Shown piece by piece: positions 1-13,285 of a stretch of 64,000 nucleotides of DNA. Position numbers and translations under genes: made by a program. Source of the stretch: Laetmonice hystrix (lineage: Eukaryota); contig OZ249436.1 in the NCBI GenBank assembly GCA_965235115.1, positions 51,834,001 to 51,898,000 of the forward strand, given 5' to 3'. The notes below the pieces were generated by a model that had not been told where the DNA came from, did not search any database, and was given only the letters and a program-made list of their open reading frames with translations. Position 1 is the stretch's first letter, and the number at the start of each line of letters is the position of its first letter.

Positions 1-160
1 TGACGCGGGGGTTTTTAGGTGACGCGCGCGGGGACAAGAAACGAATCTATTTTTTTTTTTGGCCTAACCTACTGCTCCGGTTGTAGCCAGCAAGAATTCA
101 ATCTGGTCTTATGAAATATGGAGGAAATGATATTGAAATGAGATATGAAAACCATGATTC

Positions 161-552
161 TTATAATGGCATGGATCCGCAGAATTAGGACAATATGGAC
201 TTGTCAATGTTATGATGGCATGGATCCGTAGAATTAGGACAATATGGACTTGTGAATGTTATGATGGCGTGGATCCGCAGAATTAGGACAATATGGACTT
301 GTGAATGTTATGATGGCATGGATCCGCAGAATTAGGACAATATGGACTTGTGAATCTTAGGATGGCATGGATCCGCAGAATTCGGACAATATGGACTTGT
401 GAATGTTATGATGGCATGGATCCGCAGAATTCGGACAATATGGACTTGTGAATGTTATGATGGCATGGATCCGCAGAATTAGGACAATATGGACTTGTGA
501 ATGTTATGATGGCATGGATCCGCAGAATTAGGACAATATGGACTTGTGAATC
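161..552. repeat. 49-bp tandem repeat, about 8 copies
   Basis: Unit atggcatggatccgcagaattaggacaatatggacttgtgaatgttatg. Confidence 0.95.
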
Positions 553-2605
553 GTGAGTGCATCGGGGGGGGGGGGGAGGGAGATGAGCATTCGCCGCGTT
601 TTCTTTTTTCTTTTTACCTAAAGGATTTCCCTCCCCTGACCCCTGCTGGAGAACTTTTCCCTAACTTTCCGTCTATGCGAAAAATGGATGAAGACTGATC
701 GTGATGAACGAGACTTCCCGCATGAACCGATCACTTATAGACCCCCCTACGTTCTATCTCCCAGCTGGTATTGCGAGGTTTCACCCAGCCATGGTCGACG
801 GTATGCCCCCACTCCGGGTCTCGCCATCAACCCGGGTTCGTGTTGGGAAAAGATGATCCTCGGATCGTGATGGGAGATGGCATGCAGCCGCCGCCGACCC
901 AGCCCTAAACAGCATGAACCACCGGCCGTTCGCCACTTGTAACCACCCACATGGGTCGGGCAGAAAACAAACACAGACTCAAACAAACCCAATGCCAGTA
1001 CGGCACCCGGGTGTGCAGCAGTTGCAAAGCGTTGACCACGACAAAAAAGACACACAAAATACCACTTTCTTCACTGCCCCTCCCCAATATGATCAAACAA
1101 CCCTTGCCATCTTTTCGAAAGAGGATTGCCTTCCGGTGCCTTATCACCCGGGGGGGGGGGCCCTCAGGGGTACAATAAAGGCCCTTTGACTGAATTAAAT
1201 GGACTAATGTCGCCCTGAATCGTTGGTATGCGAGTGGTACCGTGCGAGTCGGGTGCGAAGAACCAAATGGGCCGAAATATGCGGAGGCCCACCTGGGCAT
1301 CCGCTGTGGGCACCCGACCGTAACCCCCTGGCGGCGATTCCTGACTTGAGCCGCCCCACCTGGGGGGAATATATTAATCTAAATTCTATCGAATATACAT
1401 TGTAAATTACTTATAAAACCCCAAATTGACTCACATTTTAAAAATCGTTATGTATTGCCTCAACAGTTATTGTTTATTTAGCGGAGATTTAATCTTATAC
1501 AGGTTGGTCTGCACACTATTGATAAGATCCGTAAAGCCTAGCCTTCAGTAGTAAGAACTATTCGAAAAAGTGAGCTTTATTATTAGAGGTACTTCTGAAG
1601 TTCCTATACATGTCTTGTCGTTGTCATACTAAACGTGTTTGTGCAGCGAGATTCCTGTCGTGGGAGAGTTAACAGGGACAAGATGCGAACAATGAGACAC
1701 GTTGGCTTTCTGCCCCCTCGGCCGGGTTCAACTCAAAGTTACTCCATAAATACGAGAACAACATGGTTGTTACAACCGACACGACGGGTAACTAAAGGTA
1801 GTCACGTGTTTACTGCATGAAAAACAAACGTCCTCCTGTTTACGTAAGAGAGGCGTTCAGTGCTCCAACATGTGCACCGCTTTTGGTCTAATAAGAAAGA
1901 AATGTGGCACGGTGGAATTCATCGATCCTGGTTTTGGCGTCTGTCCTAGAATGGTGTCGTGCTGTCGAACCAAACGTGACAGGAATGAGAATCCCTGTTG
2001 TATGTGTCCCCGCCAAGATCCGCCCTGAAAGGCTCATTCCATGGGCGGTTCTGACGGAATGGGCATCATACGGTGTCCTATAAACACACCACTGAGTGAG
2101 ACAGCGCCTAGAGAGGGTAAACTCGATACGCCAGCTCTCTGCTGCCAAGGTACAATGTATATTACCCAGAGACAGGAACGATTGGTTCGGTACTGTGTCC
2201 CTTCCTGTGTGGGTAGAACTATAGTCTTACCCTACCTTCCCGGTCCCATTACCCTCGTCTATCCTTCACAAATGAGATACGTTCCCCCAAACCGTCTCCG
2301 ACTGATGCAGGTGCATGTGATCTTTACTGATCGTATAGCCTTGGGACAAGGAGGACTTGTCTGGCGACAGCTAAACTCAGGCTACGCAAAGTCTGGCACG
2401 GAGTTTCGAGTTGTAACTATAGAGCTACACGGGTAACTAGCACCCAAGATCGATGGCATTGGCCCTCGGTCCTCGACTCCGACTAATTATCTTGCGATTA
2501 AATGTGCTGTAATACATATTTGTCCATTGATGAAGACATTCATAACAGAGTTCAGGTGATCCAAGTGTAAGATTCCGTCCTCTCGAAAAGTCACCCTCTG
2601 GCATA

Positions 2606-3121
2606 ACGCCCTGTTGTGGGATACTAGCTAACTCGGTCAGAATTACGCCTTGTTATGGGGTACTAGCTATAACTCGGTCAGAACGCCTTGTTATGGGGTA
2701 CTAGCTATAACTCGGTCAGAACGCCTTGTTATGGGGTACTAGCTATAACTCGGTCAGAACGCCTTGTTATGGGTTATTAGCTATAACTCGGTCAGAACGC
2801 CTTGTTATGGGGTACTAGCTATAACTCGGTCAGAACGCCTTGTTATGGGGTACTAGCTATAACTATAACTCGGTCAGAACGCCTTGTTATGGGGTATTAG
2901 CTATAACTCGGTCAGAACGCCTTGTTATGGGGTATTAGCTATAACTCGGTCAGAACGCCTTGTTATGGGGTATTAGCTACAACTATAACTCGGAAAGAAC
3001 GCCTTGTTATGGGGTATTAGCTATAACTCGGTCAGAACGCCTTGTTATGAGGTATTAGCTATAACTCGGTCAGAACGCCTTGTAATGGGGTACTAGCTAT
3101 AAGTCGGTCGGAACGCCTTGT
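2606..3121. repeat. 38-bp tandem repeat, about 13 copies
   Basis: Unit aactcggtcagaacgccttgttatggggtactagctat with occasional small insertions. Confidence 0.95.
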
Positions 3122-4152
3122 GATAAGCTAACTTCTGCTATGGGATCTTGAGCTTCCATACTGTCCTTATCCAGCTGTGATAATATAGGGCCTACACCAG
3201 GGCCGGATCCAGGACTTGGAAGAGGGGGGGGGGGGGGGGTCCATGGGGGGAATTTGGGAAAAGGGGTTCCAAGACGGTATATTGAAAAAGCTCTACGGGA
3301 AAAAGAGAAAAAAGGGTGGGGGCGTTCCCCCGATCCGCTACTGTACCCCGACCATGAACTTTTTTTACATGACTACAGAAAGCACCAAGACCCTAGGAAA
3401 GATTTCGCTACGACTCCTATGTTTTGACTGAGAAGCTCTCTTCATCCCGGCATAAAGAGATAATCGTTGGGATGAGCCCCACCACGCCCCACTAACAGAC
3501 ATTATGACCTTGCTATGCCCTGTGTTGGCACAAGGTCTACTGCTGATGGCCTGTATATAATGTGATAACGCCCCCGCGGTCAGACCGGCGACCTGCTGGG
3601 GTCATCAAGGCCAACCCTGGGTCACGTGGTATAATGGGACCTCCAACAGGTGGCGCCCCTGTCGACATGCCGGTTTTGATTTCCCACATTAGTTCATGAC
3701 AGGAGAGGGCTGTCACTTATGAGTGTCAGTGTTTGCAACACTACACCAGTCCGACTCGACTTGTACCTTACTGGGGATGGTTCGGAATAACTGGGGTCAT
3801 TTCACAGTTGGGGATGAAGACAAAGCCAGACAATAAAGAACGATCTTCTCTGTCTAGTATTTACAAACATTACATCGTGGTAGGTACATATCCCATCTGG
3901 TCTTCGATGTATGTTTCTATTTCTAACCCGAACCATGTTTGTAAACCATTTGAGGAAAATATAGGCATTTATTTACGTGGGTATGCTAGTGGAATGCCAA
4001 TATAAATCCACACCAAATGTTCGTGTGGTGTTTGTAAGGAGCCTGGGGCCTTACAATGCCTTACTGTAAGTAAACAGTAAACAGTCCATCTTTTGTGCTG
4101 CGCGTGGCGGTGTCGGGACTATGGGGTGGCCGTGGACGGTGCAATCCATCAC

Positions 4153-4472
4153 CGTTGGGACGTTGGGACTGGAACAGCCGCCCTGTTCCGAACAGCGTTG
4201 GGACGTTGGGACGGGAACCGCCGCCCTGTTCCCAGCGTTGGGACGTTGGGACGGGAACAAGCGCCCCGGTTCCGATCGCTGGGACGTTGGGACGGAAACA
4301 GCCGTCCTGTTCCCAGCGTTGGGACGTTGGGACAGGAACAAGCGCCCCGGTTCCGATCGTTGGGACGGGAACAGCCGCCCTGTTCTGATCAGCGTTGAGA
4401 CGTTGGGACGGGGACAGCCGCCCTGTTCCGATCAGCGTTAGGACGTTGGGACGGGGACAGCCGCCCTGTTTC
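4153..4472. repeat. About 40-bp composite tandem repeat with internal hairpins
   Basis: Recurrent cgttgggacgttgggac followed by ggaacagccgccctgttcc or ggaacaagcgccccggttcc. Confidence 0.9.
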
Positions 4473-5937
4473 CGCTGTTACTGCTTTCGTTGTGATGACA
4501 TGTCGTTTCCTCTTGTTTCCCCTGTCCCGAGCCAAGCGCACGACTCAGCAAAACGCACGAATCCCAGAAACCTTGCCTTGATACGTCTACTCGGGTGGCT
4601 CAATGGGTTTATTATTTAACTATTTTAAGGTATGTTGAACGAAAAATATAGCCTTCAAAGACCCCAAAACTACAACATCGGCCTAAATATAACAGCCGCA
4701 TTCCTAAATTCTTTGATCCACCTTTGTTACTACCACTTCGGGTTCTGCACTTTAGTTATGTTGGAGATAAACGTAAGATAAAAAGTCGATATTGTCGTCT
4801 TTCTGGATCTGCCGACTGATCTAGGCCTCCGATAAACCTAACTTTACGATGTAGACACAACTCTTTATGCCCAGAAGTAGCCTACAGTATACGAATACGG
4901 TTCACGTGGTGCTTTCGCTGTGGGCAGCGGCGCACCACAAGCATCATTCATGTATTTTGATGAATGGTTGCAAGCAGCCAAACGGTGCCCCAGGGAGTCA
5001 TTTCTGTCACCAGGCCGTGACAACATGTTCAGGAGCCAAGGTCACGTGTCAGAAGTGTCGGAACCTAACGAGGTAGGTGCAACATCTTGAAGGAATCGGC
5101 GTCCGCAGCAGCAGTTCGGCTTAGAACTTCAGCCCATGGTCGTGTTGGGGCCATTATATAAATTGGACCAACAACTCAAACAAAACTACCGTCCGCCAGG
5201 CCCACTAAAAAAGCGTGTTTTCAAGACGACAGGATAGGAATTGCGGCAATTATGCAAAGTGAAAAGTATAGTTTGTATTCATGTCAAACTTGAAAGAAAT
5301 GGACGGGTCAGGTCTGAGAGTGATGAGCACACATGGTTTGTACGTATAGTGTCGGCACCGATGTTGTGGTGGTGGTGGTGGTGGGGGGGGGGGGGGGGCC
5401 GGCAGGAAGTCTACTTTCTAACCTCTTTTGACCGGAGCTCATAGAATCAGCTGTTCTCCCAAACCCCACTGGGACCCAGTTATTATAGCAACACACCCAC
5501 GAGGTTAACGTTGTGCCACCATCACCACCAGCAAACTTGGTGTAAATCCCTGGAGTCAGTAATAGGGCCCCGCTGTCACGCGGGAACACCTGCCATCTAC
5601 ATCAACAAACTGACAGATCTGTACGCTTTCACGACCACTTGGGATAATCCTACAGTTTAACCACCACCGGCTTGTAGCACTCCAGGACCACTTGGATCCG
5701 CTTGTTATCTCAGCCCACCGCCTCTTCTAACCTTAGAGACATAGTATATCTTCTTCACAGCAAACCAGCTCTTGGTATATATGCTTGGTGGGATGTTGGT
5801 TCTGGATTCTGGTTTTGGTTTTCTTTCTTAGAAACGGCTCGATCTCCGCGCAAACATTTCTTATCCATGAACGTGATAATCATACCGAGAGCTTCCTATC
5901 AAACAACATTTTATAATGTGTTCATAGAGACCGTTAC

Positions 5938-6454
5938 TACAGAGCCCTGTTGGGGACATGAAGAGAAAATTTTTTGTGGTGATCTCGAAATTAGCACTTA
6001 GTGACCTCATTAACTCGTTCTTACGACTTAATGACGTCACTAATTCGTTTTTATGAGTTAATCGCGCTCAGAGAAAAAAAATTGTGGTAATCTCGAAATT
6101 ACTATTTACTGACGTCATTAACTCCTTATTACGACTTAAGGACGTCACTAAGTGGTAATTTCGAGATCACCACAATTTTTTTCTCTGAAACGAACGCGAT
6201 TAACTCGTAATAACGACTTAATGAGGTCATTAACTCATTATTACTATTTAATGACGTCACTGAGTGGTAATTTCGAGATCACCACAAAATCTTTTCTCTG
6301 AAACGAATGCGATTAACTCGTAATAACGACTTAGTGATGTCATTAAGTCGTAACAGCGAGTTAATGACGTCACTAAGTGGTAATGTCGAGATCACCATAA
6401 AAACTTTTCTCAGAAACGATCTTTTTCCCTTCATGTCCCCAACAGGGCTCCGTA
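5938..6454. mobile_element. Foldback / non-autonomous DNA transposon with long modular inverted repeats
   Basis: Left end TACAGAGCCCTGTTGGGGACATGAAG; right end is the reverse complement of TACGGAGCCCTGTTGGGGACATGAAG. Internal roughly 100-bp subunits (tgtggtgatctcgaaatta...gacgtcattaactc) occur in both orientations. Confidence 0.8.
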
Positions 6455-6829
6455 CGTTTCTGACATAGTTCTGATATTGAGTTTCTGAGGGGGGGGGGGG
6501 GCTCAAAAATGATCATGTCAAATCAATGTGCTGTTTGTAATTAAATGTGTACGCATTGCCAAAAACATTGTTCTTCGCCTCTTTGAAATGGCAGACAGTG
6601 CATGTATCTGTGCTGAATTTGCCCGTTGTTTTGCTTGCCGCTCTCATCTCTGTTTGGGTGGGCTATCCTAGTGCACAAATGAGGAAAACACCCTTGTCAT
6701 GACGGTAACACTGGCTCTATTTAAATCAGAATTGACTGGATTTCAAGACTATAAAAAGACTCTCAGCAACGTGACCAGCCATCGCCAAAAAGGTTAGGTG
6801 AAGGGACTTTGAGAAAAACGGGTACTTAC

Positions 6830-8483
6830 CTTTCGACGGTTTTTTATCCCAGGTTATTTCCAACGGCGTACTTCCATCGGAATTTGTAACTTTTAAAATG
6901 GTAACTGGCGCTCTTCGCGTGCCTTGTATATGTCCCGCTATGTACAATCCGGTTTCTGTCTCAATCATTGATACAAAATCCTCCCCGGACACTGTAAAAC
7001 AAAACCATCACTTAAAACGTAAAACTCTTCTAATTTAGCAGTCCTCTCTGATAATGAAAGGCAAAACATTGCTGTTATAGGCTCTTTCTGATTCTTAAAG
7101 GGGAAAAAGTAGTAAAAAATCCTACGACCATCTAGTTGTTGCCCTACAGATATTCATCTTATTCCCTAAATTATGTACAATTATCATCGTTTTCCTGTGA
7201 CTAACAACAAAAAGAACCAAAACAAACCGAGTACAAGACGATCGTCTTTTTCAATTCAATGGGGAATATCCGATTTCGCCCGCAAATTTCGCAAGGAAAT
7301 ATACACAAAATATCGCGGCATTCTATAGTTAAGGACTCCAAGTATCTGAATGTATTATAAGATTAATGTCGATTTTAGTTTATTTTGCCAGTTTACCCTC
7401 GGTTTAATTTGTCCTTATTTTAAGCAGCTATTTTTTCCAAACGTTGGTTAAATCATGCATGCAATTTTGTTGGTCCCTCATTTGATATCGGATTCCCTCC
7501 TGTAGAAGACGTCCGATTCCTGATCACAACCTGAGGTCACGGATCAGCGCCCCCTGGCCGTGACCTCAGTGACCGGACGTGGGAATTCCTCTGTTAAGCG
7601 GCCATCAGCAGACCTGATCCCCAGACACTGCCTCCGCTGTCAGCGCTTGCCCACACTCACACTCAGACTCAAGGGCTGAGGGGGCCACATGTATATACAT
7701 GGAACCTTTTTTAAAATGAAAACCGTAAATGGCCTGTCTGTGTGCGGTTAGGTCGGAACGCACTGTACACAGATTTTTTTCCTTCGTTTTTTTTTTTTTT
7801 TTTTAGAATGCTGGCGGTATACATGGGTGTCCCAGAGAGGTCAGGGCGACCGTGCAGGTTCAGAAACTAAAGAATGAGACATGTTGTCACCTCATTAATC
7901 AGACTGGGCTGTCCAAAGCCGACCTAAGGGGGCCAGGAGGGTGTGGGGGTAGGGGCATCCTAATGGCTGATACATTGGTCTCCTTAACCATCTGGGAAAT
8001 ATCTACAGGATGTCGACGATATTTGCTGCTCTTTGGAATTAAGACTTCGCTTCCCCCACGTGCCGAGGCTTATAGGGTTCAGTTGCTACGGTTACCTGTT
8101 CCAAAGATACCCGTAAATTGTAAACACTCAGGTTTGGCTGCTGATGTATACTTACATCCCCTCCCCCCGCCCCCATCCCATGCACCCCACCCCCACAGGT
8201 CCCTCTGATCAAGTGTCTGTGGATCTATGTGCAAGTTTTGGCCAGCTATAAACGGCGCCAGCAGTGCCCGCACACCTATAGATAGGCACTTTGTTTTGCT
8301 GAGACCATTAGCACGTATAGGATACGCGCACTGTGGACTTACGGCTACCTCTGTCAACATGGTGTCGATGTTGTGGAAAGAAAAGAAGTTTATCTTACCT
8401 TCATTCAACTCCTTGGCATTGACACTGAACACACATAAAAGTCCGACAAGTCCGCAGACTGATATTGTATACACGCGATCCAT
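6830..8483 (-). CDS. 5' part (exons 1-2) of a second, tandem thrombospondin paralogue; presumably continues beyond the left edge of the window
   Basis: Exons 8399-8483 (MDRVYTISVCGLVGLLCVFSVNAKELNE, G|GTAAG) and 6830-6991 (VSGEDF...WDKKPSK, G|GTAAGT). Lengths (85 and 162 nt) and phases are identical to exons 1-2 of the large gene; 15/28 and 27/54 aa identical. Confidence 0.85.
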
Positions 8484-9436
8484 ACTGACGACAGGGTCGC
8501 CCGCTTAGGGAAAACGACAGTGGTATGATCCCGGGGGGCGGGGGTGATTATAGGGGGGTACAATCAGGGATGGACGGGACAAGGCCGTCACGCACAGCTT
8601 GTCTTCAATCACTGTCCACCCAGCACCACGGTTGGCTCGCCCTGGAGGACAATAACTAACTCCAGACCACAAGGATCAAGCACACCATGGAGATCCTGAA
8701 AGTCCCGTTAAATGTATCCTCTACTCTCCGTCACCTCTGCACTTGCATCGTTGCTGCTTTGCTATAACCAGCGGCACATGTATGGGGCAGCAGCGGTGGC
8801 AGCAGTGGCGACGGCAGCGGCCAGTGGATAGAAGCAATGCGGGCGGGACCAGCGGCGGCGGCGGCGGCAAGAGCGGCGGGCACCGTGGGCAGAACCCGAC
8901 ACTTGGCACCCGGTCTCTGCTAAAGCTGCTGTCTGCTGGTTGTTACCCGGGTAGCTCAGACGGTCAGTTAGACACTGTAGAACCAGCTGACGTCTATACG
9001 ACTGACTCCCCTGAGCCTCTCCTAGATATCCCTCCTCCTGGTACTCATTCGGCGCCTCTTTCCTTGCAGCATGATGCTTTCATCCACCCCCGCATCCCTC
9101 TCTACCCCCACCCCAACCCCCACCCACCTACCCCTACCCACCCACCACCCGACCACCAGCTGGTTCGTGCGACCTCAGACCGTGCACTGATAGACCGGCA
9201 ATACTGATGACACCTGTGGTTAGAGTGGAAGGATGTGATGACTGGTATCTGCTAACATTCACATCTGGGATATAATAACATATAAAAATGTCTCCAGTCA
9301 GGATAAGACTGCCATATTATAGGGTTATAATGTCGGAGGGTTCACTCGGGCCAGATTAAGATTGGGGAAGGCGGTAAAACAGGAAAATTGACATGACACT
9401 TTGACGGGGGTCAGAGGGGGATTCGTTGGCCTTAAT

Positions 9437-9463
9437 GAGAGAGACAGAGAGAGAGAGAGAGAG

Positions 9464-9535
<72 letters not shown>
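9437..9535. repeat. (GA)n microsatellite
   Basis: Direct reading. Confidence 0.95.
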
Positions 9536-11012
9536 AATTTAAAAAAAATGAAAAAGTGAACTTGATCTTAGTCGACTAGGTACGTTCATCCTACCGTTCG
9601 AAGATCTGGCGTCTGATACAACACGTGATAACCCAATGGTAGCCGCCATACGGAACTATGCCACAGATCGACCCACTGACGGGGAACGGGTTGTATTGCT
9701 ACATCCCTTTAGAAGAGTCGTATCGCACTTTTCTCAGCCTTGCACCCTCCCGGCTCCAAGTGGATACTTTGCGACCCATCATACTGTCAGTGTTTGAACC
9801 ATCAGCACGTGTTGCCAGACTACGACCGAACGTGGACCCATGCAAGCTCCTTCCGACCCATCAGCCAGTTCATGGGAGACAGACCCGAGTCTATCTAAGC
9901 GATACTTTCAGACGTGACCGTTCACTGTACATGTGACCAGTGGTTTCGTAGCTTTATATAGTGTGGAGGTCAAGCTGGACCTCCAGAGTGGTGTCCCACA
10001 CAACCACATTGTTTTAATAAGATAAAAACATTTTACTTGCGACAACCAAAGCCTTGGGGGTGTAGATCCCGTCTGGGGGACTATAAATGGGGCGACCATC
10101 CATAGTTTCTTCCTGCAAGTCGATTTTATTACAAGATATTAATAAAAATGATAAAATCAGGGTAATGGACAATGAGGCACGTGACACCGACGTTCTGCAT
10201 ACGACAGTTGTCACCCAGCGTCACGATCCACATAATTACAGTCAATTATATACGAATTAGGGTTTCACCTCCAAAGCCAATTGCCTACATGGCTGTACTT
10301 TAGTGGGTTCTTTATCACCAAGCAATATAAGTGAACACCGACTTGAACATCAGAAAGTTTTACATGTAGAACAGTATTTCATATTCGTCAAGACACCATT
10401 TCCACCGTCCTGTCTGTCCAAATAAAGTCAAGGTGCTACAACCAAATGTATGGTGGTGTCATACTGTCCACTACTGACTGACGTACAGAGTCACCGGCGT
10501 GAGGTGTGACAAACAAACCTGGACAATAGAAACCACTACCTGGTATTTATAGCACAAGAATTTATTAGAGGAGTGCGTATAATGACATCTTTCACCTACT
10601 CTATTTATCACACAGATCTTGTTGACTTTTATATAGGAGTTTAATAAATTATGCCCAGTGGTTAATTAATCACATCCATTTCAGGAGGGAAAAGAATAGA
10701 AAACTTTAGTTTCCCTTTCTAAAAAGGTTTCTTCTGGGTAATAACCCAGATTCCTCAGATAACACTTCGTACCTTGCCTCTTTGCCACAGGCACTTGTTT
10801 GTGGCAAAACATGCACCTTCCTTGACACATTACCCCACCTTTCTGAAATCCTGGGGGGAGGCGCTGTGTATGAGATCAATTATAGATAGCGGCAGTAGTC
10901 TTGTAGGGACTGTCCTCTCAAGGCGGACCTCTCGATGTCCCCACAACGTTTTTCTCACCTCTCCCAAAACCCTTTGTAAGCTGCAATTTTATTGATTGTC
11001 CCCAGTAGTACC

Positions 11013-11027
11013 AGAGAGAGAGAGAGA

Positions 11028-11081
<54 letters not shown>

Positions 11082-11091
11082 GGGAGAGAGA
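11013..11091. repeat. (GA)n microsatellite
   Basis: Direct reading. Confidence 0.95.
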
Positions 11092-11796
11092 TTGATCTGC
11101 ATGTTCTCTCCTCCCCCCCATATCGGCGGGAATCGAAGTTTGCGCCGACCAACACGTGGGGCGAGCGTCAGCCTTCATTTCGCGCCACGTCGGCCCACGT
11201 GCTGCAGAGAGTACGGTCCGGTAACCACGTGAGGCCGTTTAATCTCCTATCACAGAGGCTGTAGCGTACTTCCTAGCGCAGTCGGCAGCCAACTTTTAAT
11301 CCTGGGGGTTTCAACTTCCTGATGGCCTGGAGTTTATAGCTGGAGAGCTCCAGCGTGGATGTTCAGGGTGTGACACCTGGAGGGGCAGCAACAGGAGTGA
11401 GGAGGGTTGGGGCTGATGTATGGGAGAGGCGTTCAGGGTCAGGACGCCTGGCCCAGTGCCCGCCACGTCCATCAACTCATGTGGCTACCTAACTCCTCCC
11501 ACTCCTCTATAGCCATCCCCCACCCTTCCCCTGACACTACCACCAACACGCTGGACGTAGTACGTCATGAACCACGCCCGCCCGTGACGTAATGTGGGAT
11601 GTTGACGTTGAGTGGTAACCTCAGTGAGGAAGAATAATGTGGACGTCACACTGAGTTATAGGGAATGGGGACGATTCTTGTGGTCACGAATACACGCCAG
11701 CAGAATTTACTGTGCTATTCTATATCGTTTATTCATGAGATAGCCTGGTAAGTATGACGCATTATCGTGCAGAAACATTGGCCCCCCCCAAAAAAA

Positions 11797-11813
11797 AAAC
11801 AACAACAAACAGC

Positions 11814-11854
<41 letters not shown>
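11797..11854. repeat. (CAA)n microsatellite
   Basis: Direct reading. Confidence 0.95.
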
Positions 11855-13153
11855 GAAAACTGGAATTCGGTTCAGAATAGGATTAGACCTATATTACCAT
11901 GCAGGGTCTCTAAAAGTCTTATTACCAAACAGAAATTGATCATCCATGTTATAGATGTTTATTCATTAAATCTCAAGTTCCACTTTCCCTTTCCTCCCAA
12001 ACTGAACTGGAGAAAGGTATAATTTCACTTCGTCTGTTTTATGTCGGCCTAAGACTGCCATATACCGGAGAATGTGTGTTTATTAAACTTGATGGAGGGA
12101 GTATTAAGGTTTCTTATCGGTCCATAATTCATACAACAATCTCCGTCTGTAGAATGGCGCCATGTTACTATGTGAAATGTGCTGCCATCTTGTTCTGAAA
12201 ATCATTGCAGTTTTAACCTTCTTGCTTTGGTTACCTCTACCACATTGCGGCCATAAGCATTTGGAATTAAGTCTTGGGATTAAAGCCTGAAAAAGTAGAG
12301 CACATTTTAAAAAAACGATGGGACCCGTGTAAACATGTACATGTATCCTAACATGAGATATTGTAGTAACATGCATAGTGTCTGCTAGAAGCTTGTGCAA
12401 CAGTTTTTTTTAACTCGGTTTTGTAAGGGAAAGACATTTCATTTATATATATTGTACAATAAGTATAGGCCTACTGTAGGCATACCGACCTACATGGCGA
12501 GACTTTCAATTTTGTTGATGTTTTTGGGTAGGCTTGCAATAACAAGACATAACTGCTTTTAACTGCTTTTAAATGTTTTCGAATTGGTGCCTCTTATGTT
12601 GCCAACACTGAACATGAGTCACTCCAGCCGACAAGGCTTCTTGTGATCCACACTGATACCTGTTATACCTCTGACTCGCGTTCAGACAAGTAGGCCTACG
12701 TCATTGATTGTCACCATGACGTCATGAAAAACACGTCATCTCGCGTTCGTAGTCTGGCGGGCACCAGTTTTATATCGGCTGGCTGACCTGTCGACCGTGT
12801 AAGAGGGGTGAATGTCCCAGACCTTGCTGTGAATCCCATGGTGTAGAGGGGTGAATGTCCCAGATCTTGCTGTAAATGGGGTGAATGTTCCAGACATTGC
12901 TGTGAATCCCACCGACATATCCGCTGACTGTTGACCTCGTATGACCTCGATATATCCCCTTCCACGGACCTATAGGTGTGAACTAAATTAGATGTTTCTG
13001 GGAGATGTTCATGAGTGGGTTATTTAGGTCCAGTTATAGGCCTATGTAGCCTAGGCCTATGTTATTGGCATCATTATAGGCCTATACTATATGTGGAGGT
13101 CGGGGAGGTCCAGAACGAGTATTGTAGCAGGGTGGCAGATGATGGCATAGATC

Positions 13154-13285
13154 CAGTGGGGATCCAGGATTTTGATAAAGGGGCCCACCTAAATTTTCTT
13201 TTGATTTTCACTGTACTTATGCACCTTCAAAAATAGGAAAATCTAAGGGGGCCGGGCTCCCTAGGCCCCCCTGGATTCCCCACTG
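13154..13285. mobile_element. MITE with CAGTGGGGA termini and 5-bp target duplication AGATC
   Basis: agatc|CAGTGGGGATCCAG ... CTGGATTCCCCACTG|agatc. Confidence 0.75.

Noticed and set aside
161..3121. 49-bp and 38-bp arrays as CRISPR arrays
   Set aside because: Units are head-to-tail with no unique spacers, there are no cas genes, and the context is eukaryotic.
8743..9207. 154-aa Gly/Pro-rich plus-strand ORF upstream of the paralogue
   Set aside because: Low-complexity GGC and CCA tracts, non-ATG start and no recognisable domain; might be promoter or UTR sequence but this cannot be supported.
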